DNA from: an uncultured Acidobacteriota bacterium
GTDB taxonomy: Bacteria; Acidobacteriota; Thermoanaerobaculia; UBA5066; Gp7-AA6
Assembly (NCBI GenBank): GCA_963773905.1
Contig: CAVZDB010000005.1
Location: forward strand, 181,624 to 245,623
DNA: 64,000 nucleotides
Direction: 5' to 3'
Under the pieces are notes generated by a model that saw only the letters and a list, made by a program, of their open reading frames with translations, was not told the origin of the DNA and did no database searches. Below are positions 38,584-47,706 of this stretch, piece after piece (position 1 is the stretch's first letter; the number at the start of each line of letters is the position of its first letter). The position numbers were made by a program, and so were the translations under genes.

Positions 38584-38788
38584 GGGCGGGCGCGAGGCCC
38601 GCCCCTACGGTTTCGGGGATGGAATCAACGGCGGAAAGCGAGGGAGAAGAAGAGTGCAGCGTGGCGTGGTTGGGGTCCGCCGTGGCGGGCGGACGCGAAT
38701 GGACGGGCACCGAGAGGGCGGGCGCGAGGCCCGCCCCTACGGTCGTGGCGGCGACAGGACGACGGGCGGGGGCAAGCCCCGCCCCTGC
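38584..38788 (-). repeat. Three GTAG-type REP palindromes
   Basis: gggcgggcgcgaggcccgcccctac at 38584 and 38716, variant at 38764; the minus strand reads GTAG plus a GC hairpin. Confidence 0.85.
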
Positions 38789-38811
38789 GTCCGGATCGTC
38801 GAAGTTGCCTT

Positions 38812-41629
38812 CTAGCTGCATCCTGACGTCGCGCCGCAGTTCATGCACTTGTAGCAGGCCGCGGACCTGACCATGATCGAGCCGCACTCGTGGCACGCGG
38901 GCGCGTCCGTGCTCGTCTCGAAGAGCAGCTTGCTGACGATTTCGCCGCTGGCCTGGCGCGCCGCCACGGTGCGCTCGATGACGGGCACCGGGCCCGTCGA
39001 GCTCGTGTCCCGCGCGATCACGCCCACCGCGTTCTTCTCCTCGGCGCTCATGAACTTGCTCGCCAGCCACTTGAAGATGTAGTCGATCAGCGACTTCGCG
39101 ATCGGGACCTCCGGGTTCTTCGTGAAGCCCGCGGGCTCGAACCGCACGTGGGTGAACTTGTTGACCAGGGCCTCCAGCGGCACGCCGTACTGGAGGGTCA
39201 GCGAGATCGCCGTCGCGAACGCGTCCATGAGGCCCGAGATCGTCGAGCCCTCCTTGGACATCCGCAGGAAGATCTCGCCGGGCTTGCCGTCCTCGAACAG
39301 GCCCACCGTCACGTAGCCCTCGTGGCCCGCGACCGAGAACTTGTGGGTGATCGAGCGGCGCTCGTCGGGGAGCTTGCGGCGGAACGGCGCCGGGACCGGG
39401 GCCGCGGCCTTGCCGACGTACTCGAGCGTGCCGCGGGCGACCGGGGACTTGGTGTCGCTCTTCGAAGCCGCCGTGTTCAGCGGCTGCGTGCGCTTGCAGC
39501 CGTCGCGGTAGATCGCGATGGCCTTCAGGCCCTGCTTCCAGCCTTCCATGTAGACGCCCGCGATCTCCTCGGGCGTGGCGTCCGGCGGCAGGTTGACGGT
39601 CTTGCTGATCGCGCCGGAGAGGAACGGCTGCGTCGCCGCCATCATCTTGACGTGGCCCATGTAGTGGATCGAGCGGGTGCCGTTCAGCGCGCGGAACGCG
39701 CAGTCGAACACCGGCAGGTGCTCCTGCAGGAAGTTCGGCGCGCCCTCGATCGTGCCCTTCTCGTCGACGTAGTCGACAATTTCATTGATTGCGTCGGTGG
39801 AATATCCCAGGCGCTTCAGCGCCAGCGGCACGGTCTGATTGACGATCTTGATCGTCCCGCCGCCCACGAGCTTCTTGTACTTGACGAGCGCGAGGTCCGG
39901 CTCGACGCCGGTCGTGTCGCAATCCATCATGAAGCCGATCGTGCCGGTCGGCGCGAGCACCGTGACCTGGCCGTTCTTGTAGCCGTGCTCCTTGCCGGTC
40001 TCGAGCGCCGCGTCCCACACCGCCTTCTGCGCCTTGTGGAGCTCGGCCGGAACGCCGCGCGCGGGAACCTGCGCGGCGGCGTCGCGGTGCATGCCGATGA
40101 CCTCGAGGAACGCGTCGCGGTTGGGGGCGTAGCCCGTGAAGGGCTCGAGCTCCGCCGCGACCCTGGAGGACTGCAGGTACGCCTCGCCGCACATCAGGGA
40201 AGTAATCGCGGCGGCGTGGGCACGACCTTCGTCTGAGTCATAGGGAACCCCCGCCGCCATCAAGAGAGCCCCGAGGTTCGCGTAGCCGAAGCCGAGCGGG
40301 CGGAACTTGTGCGAGTTCGCCGCGATCGCCGGCGTCGGGTAGGAGCAGTTGTCGACCAGCATCTCCTGCGCCGTGATGACGACGTCGCACGCGTGCTTGA
40401 AGGTCGGCACGTCGAAGCTGCCGTCCTCGGCGTTGAAGAACTTCATGAGGTTCAGCGACGCGAGGTTGCAGGCGGAGTCGTCGACGAACATGTACTCCGA
40501 GCACGGATTGCTCGCGTTGATGCGGTGCGTCGCCTTCACCGGGTTCCAGCGGTTGATGGTCGTGTCGTACTGCATGCCCGGATCGCCGCAGACCCACGCG
40601 GAGTCGGCGATGTCGGCCATGAGCTGACGCGCCTTGAAGGTCTTGTACGGCTGGCCGGTCAGGACCTCCTTGGTCTGCCACTCGCCGTCCTTCTCGACCG
40701 CCTCCATGAACTCGTCGGTGACGCGGATCGGAGTGGTTGGCGTTCTGGTAGAAGATCGACGCGTACGCCTCGCCGTTGAAGCTGCCGTCGTAGCCGGCGT
40801 CGATCAGCGCCCAGGCCTTCTTCTCCTCGTTCGCCTTCGAGCAGATGAACTCCTCGATGTCGGGATGGTCGATGTTCAAGATGACCATCTTGGCCGCGCG
40901 GCGCGTCTTGCCGCCCGACTTGATCGCGCCCGCGAAGGAGTCGAAGCCCTTCATGAACGAGAGCGGGCCGGAGGCGGTGCCGCCGGAGGACAGGCTCTCG
41001 TGCGCGCCGCGAAGGTTCGAGAGGTTGCTGCCCGTGCCCGAGCCGTACTTGAACAGCATGCCCTCGGTCTTGGCGAGCGAGAGGATCGAGTCCATCGAGT
41101 CGCCGCACGAATTGATGAAGCAGGCCGAGCCCTGCGGCTTCGGCTCGATGCCGACGTTGAACCAGACGGGTGAGTTGAAGGAGGCGACCTGGTTGACGAG
41201 GATCGCCGCGAGCTCGTCGTGGAACGCGTCGCGGTCCGCGGCGGTCTTGAAGTAGCCGCCCTTCTCGCCGTAGGCGGTGATGGTTCCGGCCACGCGCTCG
41301 ATGAGCTGCCGCACCGAGCTCTCGCGCTCGGGGGTCCCGACGCGCCCGTGGAAATACTTCTGAACGACGATGTTCGTGGCGGTCTGCGACCAGCTCTTCG
41401 GGACCTCGACGTTCTTCTGCTCGAAGATCGTCTCGCCCTTCTCGGACATGATCGCGGCCGTCCGAAGCTCCCACTCGATCGCGTCGTAGGGCGAAACCGA
41501 GGGGTCCGAATACACGCGTGTGAACGTCAGTCCCTTGAGGCCCCCCTGGCTTCCCTGAAGGGTCTGCCGGGACGTCTCACGCCGTTCCTCCCCGATCGCC
41601 CTCTCCACCCCTTTTTCCGTCGAGCTCAT
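38812..41629 (-). CDS. nrdJ: Class II (adenosylcobalamin-dependent) ribonucleotide reductase, frameshift near 40730
   Basis: FNSPVWFN, SACFI, SGGKTRRAAKM, SNPCSEY, LAPTGTI, YRDG and a C-terminal zinc ribbon (CHEC/CMNC). Confidence 0.95.
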
Positions 41630-41718
41630 CCCCTCTTCCTCCTTCCTCCTCGAATCTCAGAACGCTCAAAACGCCTCAAAAACGCCGAATGCTCCGCCGT
41701 GTCCTACCCCCTGGGCTC

Positions 41719-41822
41719 CCACCACCTGTAGTAGCTAGTAGTGCGAAGAAACCGCCAGTGTTGCCTTCGAGGGTAAGACTGGCAGGAACCGCGAGTCAAG
41801 TTAAAAACACAAGATGTAGTGG
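41719..41822 (-). promoter_or_regulatory. NrdR boxes flanking a putative sigma70 promoter of nrdJ
   Basis: acacaagatgtagtgg (41807-41822) and weaker ccaccacctgtagtag (41719-41734) resemble acaCwAtATaTwGtgt; TTGACT on the minus strand at 41794-41799. Confidence 0.7.
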
Positions 41823-41850
41823 TGTGCACTGGGTACGGTGCAGGGAATAG

Positions 41851-41866
41851 TGGCACGGCGATTGCT
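41851..41866 (+). promoter_or_regulatory. Sigma54 -24/-12 promoter
   Basis: TGGCACGGCGATTGCT fits TGGCAC-N5-TTGC(W), about 60 bp before ORF 41924. Confidence 0.7.
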
Positions 41867-41923
41867 GTTGCGTGTGGTGTGAAGAGGACCAGCCTGCGCT
41901 GACGCAGCCTCAAAGGATGTAGC

Positions 41924-42310
41924 GTGAAGAAGACCTTGTTTGAACCGATTGCAGGGACATCAAACGGCCGACCGGGCCGGGATACTGACTCCGTGACAGC
42001 GAGAAGGGCCGGAAAATCGACACTCCTGGAGGCCGCGAATACTGCTGCGAGGGTGACCGTCCGCTCGGTTTTCGACGTGGGCCCGGAGCCCTCGAGGCTC
42101 GCGATCGGGCACTTCAACCGGCCCCTCCTGACCGAGGAGGTTGCGAGCCTCAAGCGCGCCTACGAGCGCTCGAAACTGCCCGAGGTCGTCGACTTCGAGG
42201 TCACGCCAAAGCAGGTCTCTTTTCTCTCGCCGGCGCCCAAGGTCGCGGCGACGTGGAGCTCGATCGAATCCGTCCTCGCCGCAAACTCCTCACTGGCCAA
42301 GGCTTCCTAG
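41924..42310 (+). CDS. Hypothetical protein
   Basis: 128-aa ORF, with host-like codon use in its distal part, downstream of the sigma54 motif. Confidence 0.55.
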   Translation: MKKTLFEPIAGTSNGRPGRDTDSVTARRAGKSTLLEAANTAARVTVRSVFDVGPEPSRLAIGHFNRPLLTEEVASLKRAYERSKLPEVVDFEVTPKQVSFLSPAPKVAATWSSIESVLAANSSLAKAS

Positions 42311-42369
42311 CCATTGCATCGTATCGGTCCTACGGACCATAATTCTCCTCTGGAAGAGAGGTCTAAATA

Positions 42370-42750
42370 ATGTCGTCCACAATGGAATCGTCCACTCCCG
42401 TCCCGATCACCACGGCCGACGGGCCTCTGCTGACGCTGACGGATAAGGCCATCGAGAAGGTCAAGTACTTCGCCGGCTCGATGCCGGACTCCGAGAACAA
42501 GCCCCTTCGCATCTTCGTTCAGGGCGGCGGCTGCTCGGGCTTCCAGTACGGCTTCACGTTCGACGAGAAGAAAGAGGGCGACGCAGTCATGCAAGCCGGC
42601 GGCATCGAAGTCGTCATCGATCCGCAGAGCGCCCAGTACCTGAAGAACTGCACCGTCGATTACGTCGAAGACTTCCGCGGCGCGGGATTCTCCGTAACCA
42701 ACCCCAACTCCACCGGCGGTTGCGGGTGCGGGAAGAGCTTCCAGGCGTAA
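42370..42750 (+). CDS. erpA: Iron-sulfur cluster insertion protein ErpA/IscA
   Basis: GGGCSGFQY and NPN...CGCGKSF motifs. Confidence 0.9.
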   Translation: MSSTMESSTPVPITTADGPLLTLTDKAIEKVKYFAGSMPDSENKPLRIFVQGGGCSGFQYGFTFDEKKEGDAVMQAGGIEVVIDPQSAQYLKNCTVDYVEDFRGAGFSVTNPNSTGGCGCGKSFQA

Positions 42751-42770
42751 GAGCCAACATCACGAATGAG

Positions 42771-42802
42771 GAAGGGCGGCCGTGAGGCCGCCCTTCGTGT
42801 TT
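42771..42802 (+). terminator. Putative intrinsic terminator after erpA
   Basis: Hairpin gaagggcggcc-gtga-ggccgcccttc followed by gtgttt. Confidence 0.6.
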
Positions 42803-42852
42803 GTAGGGGCGGCCGGAAGGCCGTCCTCGTGTTTCGGGGCTGTCATCCCCCC

Positions 42853-42943
42853 GTCATCCTGAGCGAAGCGAAGGATCCCGGACTCGATTGCCGGCGCGGC
42901 TAGAAAGCACGGGATCCTTCGTCGCTGCGCTCCTCAGGATGAC
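42853..42943. repeat. GTCATCC...GGATGAC palindromic repeat
   Basis: gtcatcctgagcgaagcgaaggatcccg...cgggatccttcgtcgctgcgctcctcaggatgac. Confidence 0.85.
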
Positions 42944-43083
42944 AGCGAATTTCGCGTCTCAGGATGAGTTCAAGGCCCCGCTCCTCGGACTGTGGAGCGT
43001 TCTTCTCGAACGTTTCTGCGCTCCAAACAAACGGGGCGGGGTCTCCCCCGCCCCTCCGAACCTGTCGCGTGTAGCGACTCTCG

Positions 43084-45849
43084 CTAGAACCTCACCACCG
43101 CGCTGACCTGGTACGCGCGCGGGGCCTGCAGAGCCGTGCGGGTCGACGGCAGGCCGTAGGTGTCGCCGGGGGTCAGAACGATCCGGGTGGGATCGACGAC
43201 CGTCTGTTGATTCGTGATGTTGAAGATGTCGCCCTTGATCGCGACCTCGACCGGCTGCAACACCTTGAGCGCGGCCTCGAGCGAGAAGTTGACCTGGTAC
43301 CAGTCCTTCAGGCGCGAGGATCCCTGCGGCGTGTCGTAGTAGGTGTCCGTATCGCCGTTGATCTGCAGAAGCCGCGTCTGCTGGTACGTGAGGCCCGCGT
43401 TGTACGTGAACGACGGCGCGGCCGTGAGGTTCATGAAAGAGAACGGGAACGTGTACGCGGCGAACAGCTTCGCGGAGTGCGTCGTGTCCCACGGAAGGTA
43501 GCCGCCCTTGTTGTGGCCCAGGATCTGCGGGCACGGGCCCGACACCTCGGGCAGGTTGCCGGCGGCCGGGACGTCGCAGATGTCGTTGGGATAGTCGAGG
43601 AGCTGCGAGGTGAACGCCACCAGCGAGTAGGAGCGGTCCGCGTTGCCCTTCGCGCTCGAGAGCGTGTAGCTGGCGAGCGCCTGGAAGTTCCTCGAGAAGC
43701 GCCGCTCGAAGGTCACCTCGACCGCCTTGTATTGCCGGTTGATGATGCTGCTGTCGAAGTTGATCGGCGTGAGGATCTTGTTGCCGTCGTCGTCGAGCAC
43801 CTTGACGTCGTCGATGATGTTGCCCCACTTGCGGTAGACGCCCCGGACGGCCACCGCCATCGAGTCGCAGACCTGCTGCTGGAAGGCCACGTTGTACTCG
43901 TCGACGTGCGAGGCCTTGAGGTTCGGGTTGACCGGCTGGTTGAAGGTGCGGATCGGGTACGCGAACTCGAAGGCATCCCCGTTCCACGCGAAGACGTCGG
44001 CCTGTCCCTCCTGGGGATTGCCGGCGAAGATGGAGTCCACGAGCGACTGCGCGATGAACTCGTAGTAGCGCCCGTAGCCGGCGGAGACCAGCGACTTGCC
44101 GGCGCCCGTCACGTCCCACGACATGGAGAGGCGCGGCGCGATCGAGTGCGTGTCGACGGCTCGGATCCCGACGTCGCTGTCCGCACTCTGGATGTCGGCA
44201 CGCACGCCGAGGTTGAACGACAGGCGGCTGCCCATGTCGAAGCGGTCGAGGGCGTAGATGCCCCAGATCGTCCCGGTCGAGATGGACGCCTGCGGCGGGA
44301 GGAAGTCGTACCGGAGGTCGCCGACCTGCAGGAGCGGCTGCCGCGCGACCGGGTCGTAGTCGGACACGATGAAGAGCTGGTTGCTCGGCGTCGTGTAGTT
44401 GTTCTCCGACTTGATGTCCTGATAGTCGACGCCGACCTTGAAGTTGTGGGTGTGGCCGCCGATCGTCGTGAAGTAGTTCACCGCGCCGTTCGCCTGGTTG
44501 CGCGGCCGCAGGACCGAGCCGACGAACGCGCCGCCGTTGTAGGTCAGGCCGTCGGAGAGGTTGATGTACGGCGGCCCGTCGCCGAGGTGGTTGGTCACCT
44601 CGAGCCCGCCCCGCTGCTGCGCGTAGGTGCCCTCGACCGAGACGTTGGCGCCGAAGACGCCGGTGTAGCGCAACTGCCAGATGCATGCCCACGGGCAGTT
44701 GTCGGATTGGTTCTGATCGGTCAGCGACTGCAGGTCCGCCGCGGCGCCCCAGTAGTCGCGGACGTCGCCGGTGAACGGATCCGCCTGCGCCGAGAACTGC
44801 AGCGCGTGCGACGGCGTCACCTGACCCGAGATCTTGCCCTGCCAGGCCTCGTAGAGACGGCTGCGCGAGTAGCTCTCGCCCGTGCCCTCGGGGTGGAGGA
44901 ACGAGGTCTGCGTCTGCTGCTCGGGAGTCGTCTGAGGATTGCGCTCGAAGGCGCCGAAGAACCAGACGTGGTCCTTCCAGACCGGCCCGCCCAGGGTGAA
45001 CAGGTAGTCGTAGATGTTCTCGTCGAACTTGTTGCGGTTGAACGCATTCCCGGAGAGCGGGTTGATGCCCTTGTTGTCGGCGTTCCAGTTGTCGTTGGTC
45101 ACGTTCACGCGGCCCGAACCGTGGAAGATGTTCGTGCCCGACTTCGTGATGACGTTGAACACGCCGCCCTGGACGCGCCCGTACTCGGCGGACACGCCCG
45201 TGTTCGAGACGACGACCTCCTGGATCGTGTCGAAGTTGTTGTTCGCGCCGAAGGTCCCGGTCGTCGGATCCGTCGTGTCGACGCCGTCGAACAGAAACAG
45301 GTTTCCGGAGTCCGGCGCGCCGCGCGAGTTGGGATTGCCGTCGCCGTCGATGTCGTCGGTCCCGGGCGCCATCGTGAGGACGTTCTGGTAGCCGCGGACG
45401 ACCGGCAGCTTGTCGGTCAGCTCGGCGCGAACCGTCGTCGTGTCGGTCGTGTTGGTCCGGTCGATGAGCGGCGTCGTGCCGACGACCTCCACCGTCTCGC
45501 GCGTCGACGCGAGCTTGAGGCTGATCGTCACGTCGGTCGTGCGCTCCGCCTGAATGACGTCGCCGTCCGAGACGAATCCCTCGAAGCCGGAGAGGGTGGC
45601 CTTCGTCGTGTAGCGGCCGGGCGGCAGCAGCGGAACGGAGAAATTGCCGGAGGCGTCCGTCACCGCGGTCCGCACGAAGCCCTTCTCGATGCTGCGGACC
45701 TCGATCGTGACGCCGGGCAGCGCGCCGCCCGACTCGTCCTTGACCCTGCCGGCGAGCGTGCCGAACAACGATCCGTCCGCAAAGAGCGGACAGACGCCCG
45801 CCGTGGCGAAGGCGAGAACGAGGAAAGTCGATCGCACGAATCTGGTCAT
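43084..45849 (-). CDS. TonB-dependent receptor with N-terminal carboxypeptidase-regulatory-like domain
   Basis: Signal peptide, GRVKDESGGALPGVTI, SAEYG..GGVFNVITKSGTN and terminal Phe (VVRF). Confidence 0.92.
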   Translation of the reverse strand: MTRFVRSTFLVLAFATAGVCPLFADGSLFGTLAGRVKDESGGALPGVTIEVRSIEKGFVRTAVTDASGNFSVPLLPPGRYTTKATLSGFEGFVSDGDVIQAERTTDVTISLKLASTRETVEVVGTTPLIDRTNTTDTTTVRAELTDKLPVVRGYQNVLTMAPGTDDIDGDGNPNSRGAPDSGNLFLFDGVDTTDPTTGTFGANNNFDTIQEVVVSNTGVSAEYGRVQGGVFNVITKSGTNIFHGSGRVNVTNDNWNADNKGINPLSGNAFNRNKFDENIYDYLFTLGGPVWKDHVWFFGAFERNPQTTPEQQTQTSFLHPEGTGESYSRSRLYEAWQGKISGQVTPSHALQFSAQADPFTGDVRDYWGAAADLQSLTDQNQSDNCPWACIWQLRYTGVFGANVSVEGTYAQQRGGLEVTNHLGDGPPYINLSDGLTYNGGAFVGSVLRPRNQANGAVNYFTTIGGHTHNFKVGVDYQDIKSENNYTTPSNQLFIVSDYDPVARQPLLQVGDLRYDFLPPQASISTGTIWGIYALDRFDMGSRLSFNLGVRADIQSADSDVGIRAVDTHSIAPRLSMSWDVTGAGKSLVSAGYGRYYEFIAQSLVDSIFAGNPQEGQADVFAWNGDAFEFAYPIRTFNQPVNPNLKASHVDEYNVAFQQQVCDSMAVAVRGVYRKWGNIIDDVKVLDDDGNKILTPINFDSSIINRQYKAVEVTFERRFSRNFQALASYTLSSAKGNADRSYSLVAFTSQLLDYPNDICDVPAAGNLPEVSGPCPQILGHNKGGYLPWDTTHSAKLFAAYTFPFSFMNLTAAPSFTYNAGLTYQQTRLLQINGDTDTYYDTPQGSSRLKDWYQVNFSLEAALKVLQPVEVAIKGDIFNITNQQTVVDPTRIVLTPGDTYGLPSTRTALQAPRAYQVSAVVRF

Positions 45850-46245
45850 GAGCTCCTGGCTCCTCTCCGCGGATTCGCGTCGCATTCGGCGATCCGCGGA
45901 GGAGTCGCAAGAGCAACACCGCTGCCACGCGCTTGCTCGAAATCGCGCTTGACGAAACCGCGCGTTCGGAGGACGACGCGCGCGGAACGCGTGACGAGTG
46001 AGAGCCAAGAAGTTTCCGAATTCGGCGGATTGGAGTGTCGATCAAGAAAGCGGACGCGCGCGGAAATTCGTCGCGGTCGAGAGAGCCGCTCTTTCCCGTC
46101 ATCGGCATTCGCGTCTTGCGGGACCCGACCAACAACGGCGAGCCGGCCACCAACGGCAAACCCCGGCAGTAGGCAACGCTGCGCGCAGCGCAGCGGTATC
46201 CCCCCGGCAGTAGGGAACGTCGCGCGGAGCGCGGGGTTATCGGGC

Positions 46246-46341
46246 AGGGGTGAGGGGCGCTCTCACGACAAGTTCCAAGCAATCGACCTCGGGAAGAGGC
46301 GCCCCCTCACCCTGACCTCTCCCCCGCCGACGGGGAGAGGC
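46246..46341. repeat. CCCTCACCC palindromic repeat, copy 4
   Basis: aggggtgagggg...ccccctcaccctgacctctccccc...ggggagagg. Confidence 0.65.
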
Positions 46342-46491
46342 CAATTGCCAATCGGACGCCGGCTCGAGCTCTCTCTCTGGCGCGCGCTATGCAAAGAGAG
46401 AGGTGGAGGTGATGTGTCGAGAGGCGCGGCGCGCCCTGCAACCGGCGCCTCGCGCGCGAAAACGATGCGACGACGTTACAACCCACGCGAA

Positions 46492-46830
46492 ATGTCCTGG
46501 GACCCGGCGCGGATCCGGCGCCAGCGGGAATACGGCTGGTTCCGACAACACGAGGCGGAGATGATCGAAAAGGCGCGGGAGGCGCGCCGGGCCGAACGGG
46601 AGCGGCTCGAGAACGAAGAGACGGAGCGCCTGCGCGCGCTCCACTGGAAGAAGTGTCCCAACTGCGGACACGATCTGGTCAATCAGGAGATCGAAGGAGT
46701 CGAGACCGACAAGTGCTCCTTCTGCCAGGGAATCTTCTTCCGGCGCGGCGAGCTCGAGAGACTGCTCGTGCGGCACGACGAGGAGAAGCGCGGATTCTTC
46801 CGCCACCTCCTCGGCTTTCACCACGACTGA
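46492..46830 (+). CDS. zf-TFIIB zinc-ribbon domain protein
   Basis: LHWKKCPNCG...DKCSFCQGIFF..GELE. Confidence 0.8.
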   Translation: MSWDPARIRRQREYGWFRQHEAEMIEKAREARRAERERLENEETERLRALHWKKCPNCGHDLVNQEIEGVETDKCSFCQGIFFRRGELERLLVRHDEEKRGFFRHLLGFHHD

Positions 46831-47048
46831 TTCGAGGGCGCCCCCCCCCCGCAACATCTCGAGCGAAGAGAGAAATCCCGCGACCGCCCGCCTCGGCGGC
46901 CATGGCGAATGCGATCCCTCGCGACGGGTCCGTCGCGCTCGGCTGACTGTATCAGCCCGCTGCCCTTTCGGGCTGACCGTTCCGGCCTCTCTTCGTGAAA
47001 TAGAATACGCCGCAACTCGGGGTTGGGAGGCCGCGCGGCAGTCGATTC

Positions 47049-47706
47049 ATGCAGATCTTCCATCGCAGCACGAATACGATCTCGCGCGTCTCCGTGTTCG
47101 GAGGCGTCCTTTTCCTCGGCCTCATGCTCTGGCTCTTCTACGACCTCGAGGCCTCGCCCTACACGACCCAGCAGAACGTGGCCCGCGACCAGCCGGTCCA
47201 GTTCTCCCACGCGCACCACGCGGGCGCGATCGGGATCGACTGCCGCTACTGCCACACCTCCGTCGAGAAGGCCGCCTTCGCGGGCATTCCGCCCACGAAG
47301 ACCTGCATGAACTGCCACTCGCAGATCTGGGCCCAGAGCCCGTACCTCGAGCCGGTGCGCGAGAGCTTCCGCGACGAACCAGTCGATCGAGTGGACGCGC
47401 GTGCACGACCTGCCGGACTTCGTCTACTTCAACCACTCCATTCACGTGAACAAGGGCATCGGCTGCGAGACCTGCCACGGCCGCGTCGACGAGATGCCTC
47501 TCGTCCGGCAGGCCGCGCGCCTGCAGATGGCGTGGTGTCTCGAGTGCCACCGCCACCCGGAGCGATTCATCCGTCCCCGGGAGGAAGTCTTCACGATGGG
47601 TTACGTCCCGGCCGCGGACCAGGCGACGCTGGGGCCGGAGCTGGTCAAGAAGTACGAGCTGAGGAGCCGGGCGGTGCTCGAGAGCTGCTCGACGTGTCAC
47701 CGATGA
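47049..47706 (+). CDS. actA: Alternative complex III pentaheme cytochrome c subunit, frameshift near 47375
   Basis: Five CxxCH motifs (CRYCH, CMNCH, CETCH, CLECH, CSTCH); QPVQFSH. Confidence 0.9.

Noticed and set aside
38504-39070. 188-aa ORF with repeated TVGAGLAPA peptides
   Set aside because: The peptide repeats are translations of the GTAG REP palindromes, and the rest overlaps nrdJ out of frame.
46155-46215. GGCAAACC plus direct repeat ccccggcagtagg upstream of the TonB receptor as a c-di-GMP riboswitch
   Set aside because: The GNRA-loop stem and second hairpin of that riboswitch were not found; only a 13-bp direct repeat of unknown meaning remains.
42959-46830. Very long overlapping ORFs (1107 aa, 1207 aa) and similar ones at 1869-4271, 47697-50771 and 59375-62122
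   Set aside because: Shadow ORFs typical of high-GC DNA, antisense or out of frame to well-supported genes; only short segments (zf-TFIIB, GH94 parts) are real.
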